DNA from: Dehalococcoidia bacterium UBA2162
GTDB taxonomy: Bacteria > Chloroflexota > Dehalococcoidia > Dehalococcoidales > UBA2162
Direction of reading: 5' to 3'
Assembly (NCBI GenBank): GCA_002335405.1
Contig: DCWM01000056.1
Coordinates: 1 to 35,641, forward strand
Length of the DNA stretch: 35,641 bases
Shown: one piece after another, positions 1 to 8,148 of the stretch
How positions within the stretch are numbered: the first letter of the stretch is position 1
Layout of the letters: each line of letters opens with the position of its first letter
Position numbers and translations under genes: made by a program
The notes under the pieces: model-generated
The model's database searches: none
Told to the model about the DNA's origin: nothing
The model's input: the letters and a program-made list of their open reading frames with translations, nothing else

Positions 1-612
1 CTTTATGTTATCATCGACACCGAAGCGTTAAAAGGACGTAAGCATGTTGAAGTCGCTCGTCAGGTAATTCGTGGTGGTGCGGCAACAATCCAACTACGGG
101 ATAAAATTCTGAGTCGGAAAGAACTGCTGCCTATTGCCCGGCAGCTAAAAACTCTCTGTATCGAGCATAAGGTACTTTTTATCGTTAATGATTACCTTGA
201 TATTGCTTTGGAGACCGATGCTGACGGAGTGCACGTGGGACAGGATGACCTGCCTGTGAGGGTTGTCCGTAAATGGCTGCCGCCGGACAAGATTTTGGGT
301 AGTTCAGCTAGAACCGTCGAACTGGCGCTCGCCGCTCAATCTGATGGTGCCGATTATCTTGGTGTTGGCGCGATGTATCCGACTTTATCTAAAAAAGTGA
401 AGACTGTCCTTGTTGGGCTGGAAAGGCTGAGCCATATTAAGCAAGCCGTATCGTTACCGTTGGTGGCTATCGGTGGCATTAGCGAAGACAACGTGGCTGA
501 TGTTATCGAGGCTGGCGCTGTCTCGGTCGCCGTCATTAATGCCGTATGGGGTGCTGAGTCGCCGGAAGAAGCCGCCCGACAAATCGTAGCTAGACTAGAG
601 CATTTATCCTGA
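1..612 (+). CDS. thiE: Thiamine-phosphate synthase, 5' end truncated by the window edge
   Basis: Frame 1 is open from base 1 (LYVIIDTEALKGRKHVEVARQVIRGGAATIQLRDK...DADGVHVGQDDLP...GADYLGVGAMYPT.SK...PLVAIGGI). These are canonical ThiE motifs. The TTG at 208 in the ORF track is internal. Stop TGA at 610-612. Confidence 0.9.
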   Translation, partial: LYVIIDTEALKGRKHVEVARQVIRGGAATIQLRDKILSRKELLPIARQLKTLCIEHKVLFIVNDYLDIALETDADGVHVGQDDLPVRVVRKWLPPDKILGSSARTVELALAAQSDGADYLGVGAMYPTLSKKVKTVLVGLERLSHIKQAVSLPLVAIGGISEDNVADVIEAGAVSVAVINAVWGAESPEEAARQIVARLEHLS

Positions 613-706
613 GCGGAATTGAAGGAGAAATGCGTGGATTAACCGATAATTTAGAGCCGATGGTTATCCAGCCTTAAGGTTTGGGATAGAGATTAGAGGA
701 GCTATG

Positions 707-735
707 TTGACTTCCATCGCTAAATACGCTAAACT
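707..735 (+). promoter_or_regulatory. Candidate sigma70-type promoter upstream of hppA
   Basis: TTGACT (707-712), 17-nt spacer, TAAACT (730-735). This is a hexamer pattern match only. It overlaps a 43-codon ORF (704-835), so the two readings compete. Confidence 0.2.
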
Positions 736-798
736 CACTGGCTTAGTGAAGGGCATAGTTTTGGGTTTCTATGATCTTGGAAGTTACCCGATGGAAAA

Positions 799-827
799 GG
801 CGGGGGGGAAACCAACCGCCATTTTTT
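799..827 (+). terminator. Weak GC hairpin plus T-run (possible thiE-distal terminator or hppA leader attenuator)
   Basis: GGCGG (799-803) pairs with CCGCC (816-820), with a 12-nt loop, followed by ATTTTTT (821-827). The stem is only 5 bp. It lies about 190 nt after the thiE stop and 77 nt before the hppA ATG. Confidence 0.2.
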
Positions 828-903
828 GTGGATAGTAATTATTCTACTCTAATTGAGCCAGTATCATAGCCTCAGCGTTTATGTTACTGGAAAGGAGAAC
901 AGT

Positions 904-2973
904 ATGGACTTGGTCTGGATCGCCGTAATCTGCGGTATTCTCGGGGTGGTGGTGGTGGGTTATTTTACGCGCTATGTCTTACGGCAAAGCCCGGGTACGG
1001 AAAAAATCAGGGAGATTTCAAATGCCGTTCAAGAAGGCGCGATGGCTTTTATCCATCGGGAATATCGTACCGAGATTATTGTCGTTGTTATCGTTGCCAT
1101 CATCTTGGCTCTACTTGGTCTAACTAGCCCTGATTTAGGCTTAAAAGCGGCCGCCGCCTTCATTTTTGGTGCTGCTTGCTCGATGGGTGCCGGCTATGCT
1201 GGTATGAGTATGGCGGTAAGGGCCAACGGACGGACGACGGCGGCTGCCGAGAAAAGTCTGAACCAGGGGTTACGTGTTGCCTTCCGGGGTGGTGCCGTTA
1301 TGGGACTAACCGTCGTTAGTATTGGTATCCTCGGTATATCCATTCTCTATTTCGTCTGGCATAATGACCCTAAATTTATCGTTATTATACCCGCTTACGC
1401 TACCGGAGCTTCACTGGTGGCTCTCTTCGCCAGAGTCGGCGGGGGTATTTTTACTAAGGGGGCTGACGCTGGCTCTGATCTTGTTGGTAAAGTCGAAGCT
1501 AATATCCCAGAAGATGATCCGAGAAATGCCGCTGTAGTTGCTGATCTGGTCGGTGATAATGTTGGCGATGTTTGCGGTATGGGAGCCGATCTTTTTGAAT
1601 CTTATGTCGAGGCAATCATTGCCGCCATGACCTTGTCTGCCCTGGCCGTCGGTATCGGTGTTGTGACCGATATTCAGACTGCCTGGTATTTACCGATATT
1701 GATTGCCGCTGGCGGTATCATCGCTTCAATAATCGGTAGTTTCCTGGTCAGAGTAGGCGAAAAGCCGGAAATGAGAGCGCTACTGGGGGCGCTGCGGCGC
1801 GGTACACTCAGCGCCTCGATCTTAACTGCCACCTTCGCCTTTCTTGCTATCTTCTTCCTTAAAGTTGACATCGGACTATTCTGGGCCGTACTTGGTGGGC
1901 TGGTGGCCGGTGTTCTTATAGGTGAGGCTACTGGCTACTATACCTCGTACAGTTTCAAGCCAACGAAAGGAATTGCAGAGGATTCTCAATTTGGCGCTGG
2001 TGGTACTATCATTCGTGGTCTGGCGGTTGGGTTGGAGAGTTGCTGGCCTTCGGTGATTCTTGTTGCTATTGCGACAATGGTTGCCTATAAATTCGGAGGG
2101 TTTTACGGAGTCGCTATTGCTGCCACTGGTATGCTCTCAACCCTTGGCGTAACCCTGGCAACCGATGCCTATGGGCCAATAGCGGATAACGCTGGTGGTC
2201 TTAGCACCATGGCGGGATTACCCCCGGAAGTACGCGAGAAAACTGACGCTCTTGATTCTCTGGGCAACACTACCGCCGCTACGGGTAAGGGTTTTGCCAT
2301 TGGAGCGGCAGTACTTAATGCCCTGGGTCTAACTCTTTCCTACGGTATGGCCGCCGGACTGGTCTCGGTTTCTTCTAATGGACAAATTGTGGCCGCACCG
2401 GAACTAAACCTGATGAGTGTTCAGGTTATCGTTGGCGTCCTTCTTGGTGCTCTCCTGCCGACTATCTTCGTCGCTATGACGATGAACTCTGTTGGTGTCG
2501 CTACGGGCCTAATTGTAAGTGAAGTACGTCGTCAGTGGCGTGAGATACCTGGTTTAAGGGAAGGTACGGCTCGAGCCCAATATGGCCGGTGCGTGGATAT
2601 CTGTACCCGGGCGGCTCTAAAACAGATGTTGGCTCCATCTATCATGACCATCATCGCTCCAGTTTTGGTTGGTATCGTGTTCGGTAAATTCGCTCTCGGT
2701 GGTTTTCTTGTTGGTGCTTTAGCTGCAGGTTTTGTCATTGCCCTCACTTTCAATAATGCTGGGGGTGCTTGGGACAACGCTAAGAAATATATTGAAGCGG
2801 GTAATTTTGGCGGTAAAGGGTCCGATGCCCATCATGCCGCCGTCGTCGGTGATACTACCGGTGACCCGATGAAAGACACGTCTGGACCTTCACTGAATAT
2901 CATGCTCAAGCTGATGGCGGTGATATCGTTATTGCTGGCTCCGGTATTGACTAGATTCACGGGGCTACTCTAA
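904..2973 (+). CDS. hppA: Membrane-bound pyrophosphate-energised cation pump (H+/Na+-PPase), K+-dependent type
   Basis: Polytopic 689-aa protein with PPase signatures GGGIFTKGADAGSDLVGKVE, EDDPRNAAVVADLVGDNVGD, DAYGPIADNAGG, GNTTAATGKGFAIG and GDTTGDPMKDTSGPSLNI. ATG 904 follows AGGAG (893-897) with a 6-nt spacer. The TTG at 853 would add 17 non-conserved residues. Ala after GNTT (codon 2275-2277) is the K+-dependent-type residue; K+-independent enzymes have Lys there. Confidence 0.95.
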   Translation: MDLVWIAVICGILGVVVVGYFTRYVLRQSPGTEKIREISNAVQEGAMAFIHREYRTEIIVVVIVAIILALLGLTSPDLGLKAAAAFIFGAACSMGAGYAGMSMAVRANGRTTAAAEKSLNQGLRVAFRGGAVMGLTVVSIGILGISILYFVWHNDPKFIVIIPAYATGASLVALFARVGGGIFTKGADAGSDLVGKVEANIPEDDPRNAAVVADLVGDNVGDVCGMGADLFESYVEAIIAAMTLSALAVGIGVVTDIQTAWYLPILIAAGGIIASIIGSFLVRVGEKPEMRALLGALRRGTLSASILTATFAFLAIFFLKVDIGLFWAVLGGLVAGVLIGEATGYYTSYSFKPTKGIAEDSQFGAGGTIIRGLAVGLESCWPSVILVAIATMVAYKFGGFYGVAIAATGMLSTLGVTLATDAYGPIADNAGGLSTMAGLPPEVREKTDALDSLGNTTAATGKGFAIGAAVLNALGLTLSYGMAAGLVSVSSNGQIVAAPELNLMSVQVIVGVLLGALLPTIFVAMTMNSVGVATGLIVSEVRRQWREIPGLREGTARAQYGRCVDICTRAALKQMLAPSIMTIIAPVLVGIVFGKFALGGFLVGALAAGFVIALTFNNAGGAWDNAKKYIEAGNFGGKGSDAHHAAVVGDTTGDPMKDTSGPSLNIMLKLMAVISLLLAPVLTRFTGLL

Positions 2974-2995
2974 GGTGGCTAGCTGAGAGGCAGTA

Positions 2996-4012
2996 GTGAA
3001 ATCGATAAAAGTGACCAGCCCAATCGTTTTTTCGGTATGTCGAGGCGATATCCCGAAGGAGCTCCTACGGGAATTTTATCGGACGATGTTCTGGATACAA
3101 AAGGTGGAGCTTAAGATTAATGAGCTCTACCATGAGGATGAAATGAAAACTCCTGTCCATCTTTGTCTCGGTCAGGAGGCGGTGGCCGCTGGAGTTTGTC
3201 TCAATCTTAATGCCAATGACTATGTTTTTACTAATCATCGGGGACACGGCCATTATATCGCTAAGGGAGGTAATATTAAGGCGATGGTTGCCGAATTTTA
3301 CAACCGTGAGACCGGTTGTTCACGCGGTCGTGGTGGCTCAATGCATCTTGTTGACACGGCTGTTGGCCTACTTGGCTCATCTTCTATTGTCGGAGGCGGT
3401 ATCCCGCTCGCTACCGGTGCGGCACTAGCCTCTGTTCTGCGTAAGGACAATCGTGTCTCGCTGGCTTTTTTTGGCGACGCCGCTATCGAAGAGGGCGTTA
3501 TATACGAAAGTATTAATTTTGCCATGCTTAAGAAGCTGCCGGTGGTCTATGTATGCGAAAACAACCTGTATTCCGTTTTTTCCCATCTAAGTAAGAGACA
3601 AGCCCAGGATGATATCTACCGTCGCTTTATCGGTTTAGATATCCCGATCTATCGGGTTGATGGTAATAATGTCGTTGCAGTTTACCGTGCGGCGAAGAAA
3701 GCAATTGCTCAGGCGCGTGATGGGGGTGGACCGTCATTTATCGAATGCCGGACCTACCGGTTAAAAGACCACCACGGTACTGGTTCTGGCGTAGAAGTCG
3801 GCTACCGTTCGCAAGAGGAAGTGGATGAGTGGGTTGCAAGGTGCCCGGTGAAGAACTATGAACGTTTTCTTTTGGAGCAGAGACTATTAACGGCGGTTGA
3901 GATTAAGCAGTTCACTGATGCTGTTGATCGTGAAGTTGAGGGGGTCTTCAACTTCGCCCACGCTAGTCCATTACCTAGGGAAGATGAAGTCTTGGACTAT
4001 TTGTATCAGTAA
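2996..4012 (+). CDS. ThDP-dependent 2-oxoacid dehydrogenase E1 component, alpha subunit (pyruvate/acetoin dehydrogenase E1-alpha family)
   Basis: ThDP-binding motif GDAAIEEGVIYESINFAMLKKLPVVYVCENN, plus HLCLGQEA, HRGHGH and GGSMH blocks typical of E1 alpha. GTG start lies 22 nt after the hppA stop. Confidence 0.85.
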   Translation: MKSIKVTSPIVFSVCRGDIPKELLREFYRTMFWIQKVELKINELYHEDEMKTPVHLCLGQEAVAAGVCLNLNANDYVFTNHRGHGHYIAKGGNIKAMVAEFYNRETGCSRGRGGSMHLVDTAVGLLGSSSIVGGGIPLATGAALASVLRKDNRVSLAFFGDAAIEEGVIYESINFAMLKKLPVVYVCENNLYSVFSHLSKRQAQDDIYRRFIGLDIPIYRVDGNNVVAVYRAAKKAIAQARDGGGPSFIECRTYRLKDHHGTGSGVEVGYRSQEEVDEWVARCPVKNYERFLLEQRLLTAVEIKQFTDAVDREVEGVFNFAHASPLPREDEVLDYLYQ

Positions 4013-4046
4013 CGGATTTGTGCTGAGTGGAGTTGCAGGGAAATTA

Positions 4047-5093
4047 ATGGATTGGTCAAAGACCCTGGTAAAAGAAGAAATTAATTTTGAGGCGGATAAA
4101 AAGGGAAGGAAGCTCTCTTATGCCGCCGCAATTAGGGAAGCTCTGGAACTAGCCATGACTAGTGACGAGCGTGTTTTTATCATGGGGCAGGGGGTTGACG
4201 ATCCTGTAGGTATGTTTGGGATTACCTTAGATCTGCATAAAAAGTATGGTCAAGAACGAGTTTTTGACACGCCTTTATCAGAGAATGCGTTAACTGGTGT
4301 CGCTATCGGGGCGGCTGTGGCTGGTATGCGGCCGGTTTACATGCATAATCGTCCCGATTTCTTGTTGCTGGCGATGGACCAAATTGTTAATCATGCCGCT
4401 AAGTGGAGCTATATGTTTGGTGGAAGTGTCCGAGCACCGCTTGTTATCTGGGCCTGCGTCGGGCGGGGTTGGGGTGGTGCGGCCCAGCATACCCAAACTT
4501 TGCAGGGGTTATTTATGCATATCCCTGGATTACGTCTGGTCATGCCGACTACTCCCTATGATGCTAAAGGTCTACTTATTACTGGTATTGCCGACAATAA
4601 TCCGGTGATTATTCTCGAACACCGTTGGCTTCTCCGGCAAAGCGGTTACGTGCCCGAAGGATTGTATTCTATTCCCTTTGGCTGTGGTGTGGTCCGAAGA
4701 CAAGGGAAAGATATTACCATTGTGGCGATTTCCTATATGGTGGTCGAAGCTCTGGGAGCGGCTCGGGAGTTAGAAAAACAGGGCATCGATGCTGAAGTAA
4801 TCGATCCAAGAACTTTGAGGCCATTGGATGAGGCTATTATCTTAGAGTCTGTCAAGAAAACGGGTAGACTAGTTGTTGCCGATACCGGATGGAAAACGGG
4901 TGGCGTCGGAGCTGAAATTACGGCTCTAGTGGCGGAAAAGGGGTTTGAGTATCTGAAGGCACCAGTCAGGCGTGTTACTACGCTCGATATACCAACACCG
5001 GCAAGTGATGTGCTTGAGGCGAAGTTCTATACGGGTAAGGCGGATATCATCGTCAGTTGTTCGGAAATTATGGAGAAGAAGGTGACGAAATAA
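4047..5093 (+). CDS. ThDP-dependent 2-oxoacid dehydrogenase E1 component, beta subunit
   Basis: LSYAAAIREALELAMTSDERVFIMGQGV, FDTPLSENALTGVAIGAAVAGMRPV and the C-terminal transketolase-like domain (DPRTLRPLD) are typical of E1 beta. I chose ATG 4047 because the longer ORF from 3897 overlaps the E1-alpha 3' end in another frame. Confidence 0.85.
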   Translation: MDWSKTLVKEEINFEADKKGRKLSYAAAIREALELAMTSDERVFIMGQGVDDPVGMFGITLDLHKKYGQERVFDTPLSENALTGVAIGAAVAGMRPVYMHNRPDFLLLAMDQIVNHAAKWSYMFGGSVRAPLVIWACVGRGWGGAAQHTQTLQGLFMHIPGLRLVMPTTPYDAKGLLITGIADNNPVIILEHRWLLRQSGYVPEGLYSIPFGCGVVRRQGKDITIVAISYMVVEALGAARELEKQGIDAEVIDPRTLRPLDEAIILESVKKTGRLVVADTGWKTGGVGAEITALVAEKGFEYLKAPVRRVTTLDIPTPASDVLEAKFYTGKADIIVSCSEIMEKKVTK

Positions 5094-5131
5094 TCCGATC
5101 TAATCCCTACGAGTCGGGACGGTAAGTTTTG

Positions 5132-6079
5132 ATGGAAAGGAACAGGAGGATTTTCGTTGCCGGTCATGAAGCTATGGCGGGCGCGGCGGTATTACACCGT
5201 TTGGAGGCGGCTGGTTACACTAATCTGATATCACCGGATTCTGCCAGACTGGACCTGACTGACCAGAAAATGGTCTTTGATTTCTTTATGACGGAGAGGC
5301 CGAACTATGTTTTTCTGGCGTCAGCTAAAGTCGGCGGTATCTTAGCTAACAGCCGGTTCCCCGCCGAGTTTATTTATACTAATATCCAAAGTCAGTCGAA
5401 TGTTATTCATGCTGCTTGGAAATCAGGCGTGAGGAAATTACTTTTCTTGGCTAGCTCTTGTGTATATCCTAAGGATTGTCCACAACCGATGAAGGAAGAA
5501 TACTTGTTATCGGGTAAGCTTGAGCCTACCAGTGAGCCGTACGCCGTTGCCAAGATTGCCGGTGTTAGGATGTGTCAGTCCTATCGCGAACAATATGGCG
5601 TAAACTTTATTTCAGCCGTGCCTGCCGATCTTTATGGGCCCATGGATGATTTTAATCCGGAAACCGGTCATGTCCTGGCGTCATTACTTGCTAAAATGTA
5701 TCAGGCCAAGACTAGTGACCAGACGGAGGTGATGGTCTGGGGTACCGGCTCACCACGGCGCGAGTGTCTTCATGTCGATGATCTGGCCGATGCTTGCCTT
5801 TTTTTGATGGATAATTATGACGACCCGGGGGTGATTAATATCGGTTCGGGACAGGATGTGTCTATCAGGGAATTGGCTGGGTTGATAAAGGAGATAGTTG
5901 GTTTCGAGGGTGATATAATCTTTGATAAATCTAAGCCGGATGGAGCACCACGGAAGCTTTTGGATGCTAATAAAATTAGTAAGCTGGGTTGGTCACTCCG
6001 GATTAGTCTGGAGAATGGTATTCGACAAACTTATGAGTGGTATGTTAGTCTCATGCATAGGAAAGAGAAACTATATTGA
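5132..6079 (+). CDS. fcl: GDP-L-fucose synthase family (Fcl/WcaG/ColC-type GDP-4-keto-6-deoxy-sugar epimerase/reductase)
   Basis: IFVAGHEAMAGAAV Rossmann start and ASSCVYPKDCPQPMKEEYLLSGKLEPTSEPYAVAKIAGVRMCQSYREQYG (Ser plus YxxxK catalytic block) closely match Fcl-type enzymes. ATG 5132 is the second codon of the 5129 TTG ORF. The exact substrate (fucose, colitose or heptose series) is not determinable. Confidence 0.85.
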   Translation: MERNRRIFVAGHEAMAGAAVLHRLEAAGYTNLISPDSARLDLTDQKMVFDFFMTERPNYVFLASAKVGGILANSRFPAEFIYTNIQSQSNVIHAAWKSGVRKLLFLASSCVYPKDCPQPMKEEYLLSGKLEPTSEPYAVAKIAGVRMCQSYREQYGVNFISAVPADLYGPMDDFNPETGHVLASLLAKMYQAKTSDQTEVMVWGTGSPRRECLHVDDLADACLFLMDNYDDPGVINIGSGQDVSIRELAGLIKEIVGFEGDIIFDKSKPDGAPRKLLDANKISKLGWSLRISLENGIRQTYEWYVSLMHRKEKLY

Positions 6080-7008
6080 AGATACTAGTTACTGGGGCTG
6101 CGGGGTATATTGGTTCGATATTGGTGCCGACATTACTGCAACGGGGATATGAGGTTGTGGCACTTGATAATTTCATGTATAACCAGTCGTCCCTTTTGGA
6201 TTGTTGTTACGATAAAAAGCTGACGGTCGTTCGTGGTGATGCTCGCGATGGGGATTTGATTTTAAAATACCTGAAGTCTACTGATGTTATTTTTCCTTTA
6301 GCGTGTTTAACCGGCGCTCCTATCTGCGCTAAAGACCCGGTTGGCGCTCATAGTACCAATCTCGATGCTATTAAGATGCTTCTTAAACACCGTAGTCGAG
6401 ACCATCTCATTATTTTCCCCAATACTAATAGTGGCTATGGCATTGGTGAGAAAGACATCCTTTGTACTGAGAAAACTCCCATGCGGCCAGTTACACTCTA
6501 CGGTCGGTTAAAGATGGAGGCGGAAAAGAGTGTTTTGGAGGCGGGTAATGCTATTGTCTTTCGCTTGGCAACGGTGTTTGGCGTCAGCCCTCGGATGCGT
6601 CTGGATTTATTGGTTAACGATTTTACCTATCGCGCTGTTACCGACCGTTTTGTCGTTCTTTTCGAAGCTCATTTCAAGAGGAATTACATCCACGTTCGAG
6701 ATGTGGCCAAGGCATTTCTACACTGCTTGGATAATTTTGCTCAGATGAAGAACGAACCATATAACGTTGGTTTGAGTGAGGCTAATTTGAGCAAGTGGGA
6801 GCTGTGCGAAGAGATTAAGAAGAAGGCACCCGATTTTTATTTTGTCCAAGCTAAGGTCGGTGAGGACCCGGACAAGCGGGATTATATTGTTAGTAATGCT
6901 AAGATTGAAGCTACCGGATTTAAACCAGATGTTTCGTTACAAATGGGTATTGCCGAACTGATTAAAGGTTATCAGGTCATCAGACGGAATCAGTTCAGTA
7001 ATGTCTGA
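6076..7008 (+). CDS. NAD-dependent epimerase/dehydratase family SDR
   Basis: MKILVTGAAGYIGS Rossmann motif and YGRLK (YxxxK). TTG start overlaps the fcl stop by 4 nt, suggesting translational coupling. It is a paralogue of the SDR at 19781-20728 (shared R.RLDL.VN block). Confidence 0.8.
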   Translation: MKILVTGAAGYIGSILVPTLLQRGYEVVALDNFMYNQSSLLDCCYDKKLTVVRGDARDGDLILKYLKSTDVIFPLACLTGAPICAKDPVGAHSTNLDAIKMLLKHRSRDHLIIFPNTNSGYGIGEKDILCTEKTPMRPVTLYGRLKMEAEKSVLEAGNAIVFRLATVFGVSPRMRLDLLVNDFTYRAVTDRFVVLFEAHFKRNYIHVRDVAKAFLHCLDNFAQMKNEPYNVGLSEANLSKWELCEEIKKKAPDFYFVQAKVGEDPDKRDYIVSNAKIEATGFKPDVSLQMGIAELIKGYQVIRRNQFSNV

Positions 7009-7124
7009 TTGGCCTTAAGTCCGTCTGCCAAGACTTGACGGGCAGGTTTGGGCAACGGTAAGATTAAGATAGAGATTGTTTGCTAACCTAACACCATGTA
7101 TTAAATACGGGGTTGAGGTATGGC

Positions 7125-8144
7125 ATGATTATTTGCCGGACACCATTTCGTATTTCCTTCTTTGGCGGTGGTACAGACTATCCGGTATGGTACCAGGAAA
7201 ACGGCGGTGCTGTACTGGGTACAACTATCGACAAGTATTGCTACATTACTGGTCGTTGCCTACCACCATTCTTTGAGCATAAGTACCGTATTGTCTATTC
7301 GCAGGCTGAGCATGTACGGAGTATCGGTGAAATTTGTCACCCGGCGGTGAGGGAAACTCTGCGTTATTCGAAAATTACTGACGGGATGGAAATTCACCAC
7401 GACGGTGATTTACCCGCCCGAACGGGGTTGGGTTCAAGCTCATCCTTTACCGTTGGGTTACTCCATACACTTTATGCTCTGAAAGGCATCATGCCATCTA
7501 AGATGCAATTGGCGAAAGAGGCTATAAATATTGAACAGAATGTACTTAAGGAGAACGTTGGCTGTCAAGACCAGGTTATGGCGGCGTTTGGTGGGTTTAA
7601 CCGGGTATTGTTTAGTGATGACGGTAATATCGAACTTAGACGGGTTACTGTGCAGCCGGAGCGGCTCGAGTTATTACAGGATCATTTACTTTTGGTCTTC
7701 ACGGGCTTTTCGCGAATGGCTTCAGACATTGCAGAGGAGCAGATACGGCAAACTCCCAATCGGAAGCATGAGTTGGCGGCAATGTACCAGATGGTAGATG
7801 CAGCTCTTGATATTCTTAATGGCGGTGGTGACATCACAGAATTTGGGAAATTACTCCATGAAAGTTGGCAACTAAAGCGTAGTCTGACTGACAAGATATC
7901 TACCCCGCATACCGATGATCTTTATGAGATGGCGATTAGGGCCGGGGCTACTGGTGGCAAACTTCTGGGGGCTGGTGGGGGTGGCTTCATGCTCTTCTTC
8001 GTTAAACCGGAACTACGGTCTGTGCTCAGAGAGGCTCTTGGTAGCCTCTTATGTGTTCCCTTCCGTTTTGAGAGTTCGGGTAGCCAGATTATTTTCTACG
8101 AACCGGATTTATTTTACGGGAAAACACGGGTGGTAGGAGAATAA
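7125..8144 (+). CDS. GHMP-family sugar kinase, HddA-like (D-glycero-D-manno-heptose 7-phosphate kinase family)
   Basis: MIICRTPFRISFFGGGTDYPVWY N-terminus, GHMP ATP motif PARTGLGSSSSFTVG and C-terminal GGKLLGAGGGGFMLFF. ATG 7125 follows GAGGT (7115-7119). The TTG at 7113 adds 4 residues. Confidence 0.8.
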   Translation: MIICRTPFRISFFGGGTDYPVWYQENGGAVLGTTIDKYCYITGRCLPPFFEHKYRIVYSQAEHVRSIGEICHPAVRETLRYSKITDGMEIHHDGDLPARTGLGSSSSFTVGLLHTLYALKGIMPSKMQLAKEAINIEQNVLKENVGCQDQVMAAFGGFNRVLFSDDGNIELRRVTVQPERLELLQDHLLLVFTGFSRMASDIAEEQIRQTPNRKHELAAMYQMVDAALDILNGGGDITEFGKLLHESWQLKRSLTDKISTPHTDDLYEMAIRAGATGGKLLGAGGGGFMLFFVKPELRSVLREALGSLLCVPFRFESSGSQIIFYEPDLFYGKTRVVGE

Positions 8145-8148
8145 CGGA

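Noticed and set aside
630-835. Mini-ORFs at 630-677 and 704-835 as real small-protein genes.
   Set aside because: They have very short SD-to-ATG spacing, no recognisable motifs, and the second conflicts with the promoter-like hexamers. I kept them only as part of the leader observation.
3897-4046. The longer ORF-track version of the E1-beta gene, starting at 3897.
   Set aside because: The extra 50 codons overlap the 3' end of the well-supported E1-alpha gene in another frame and show no E1-beta similarity. ATG 4047 gives a canonical N-terminus.
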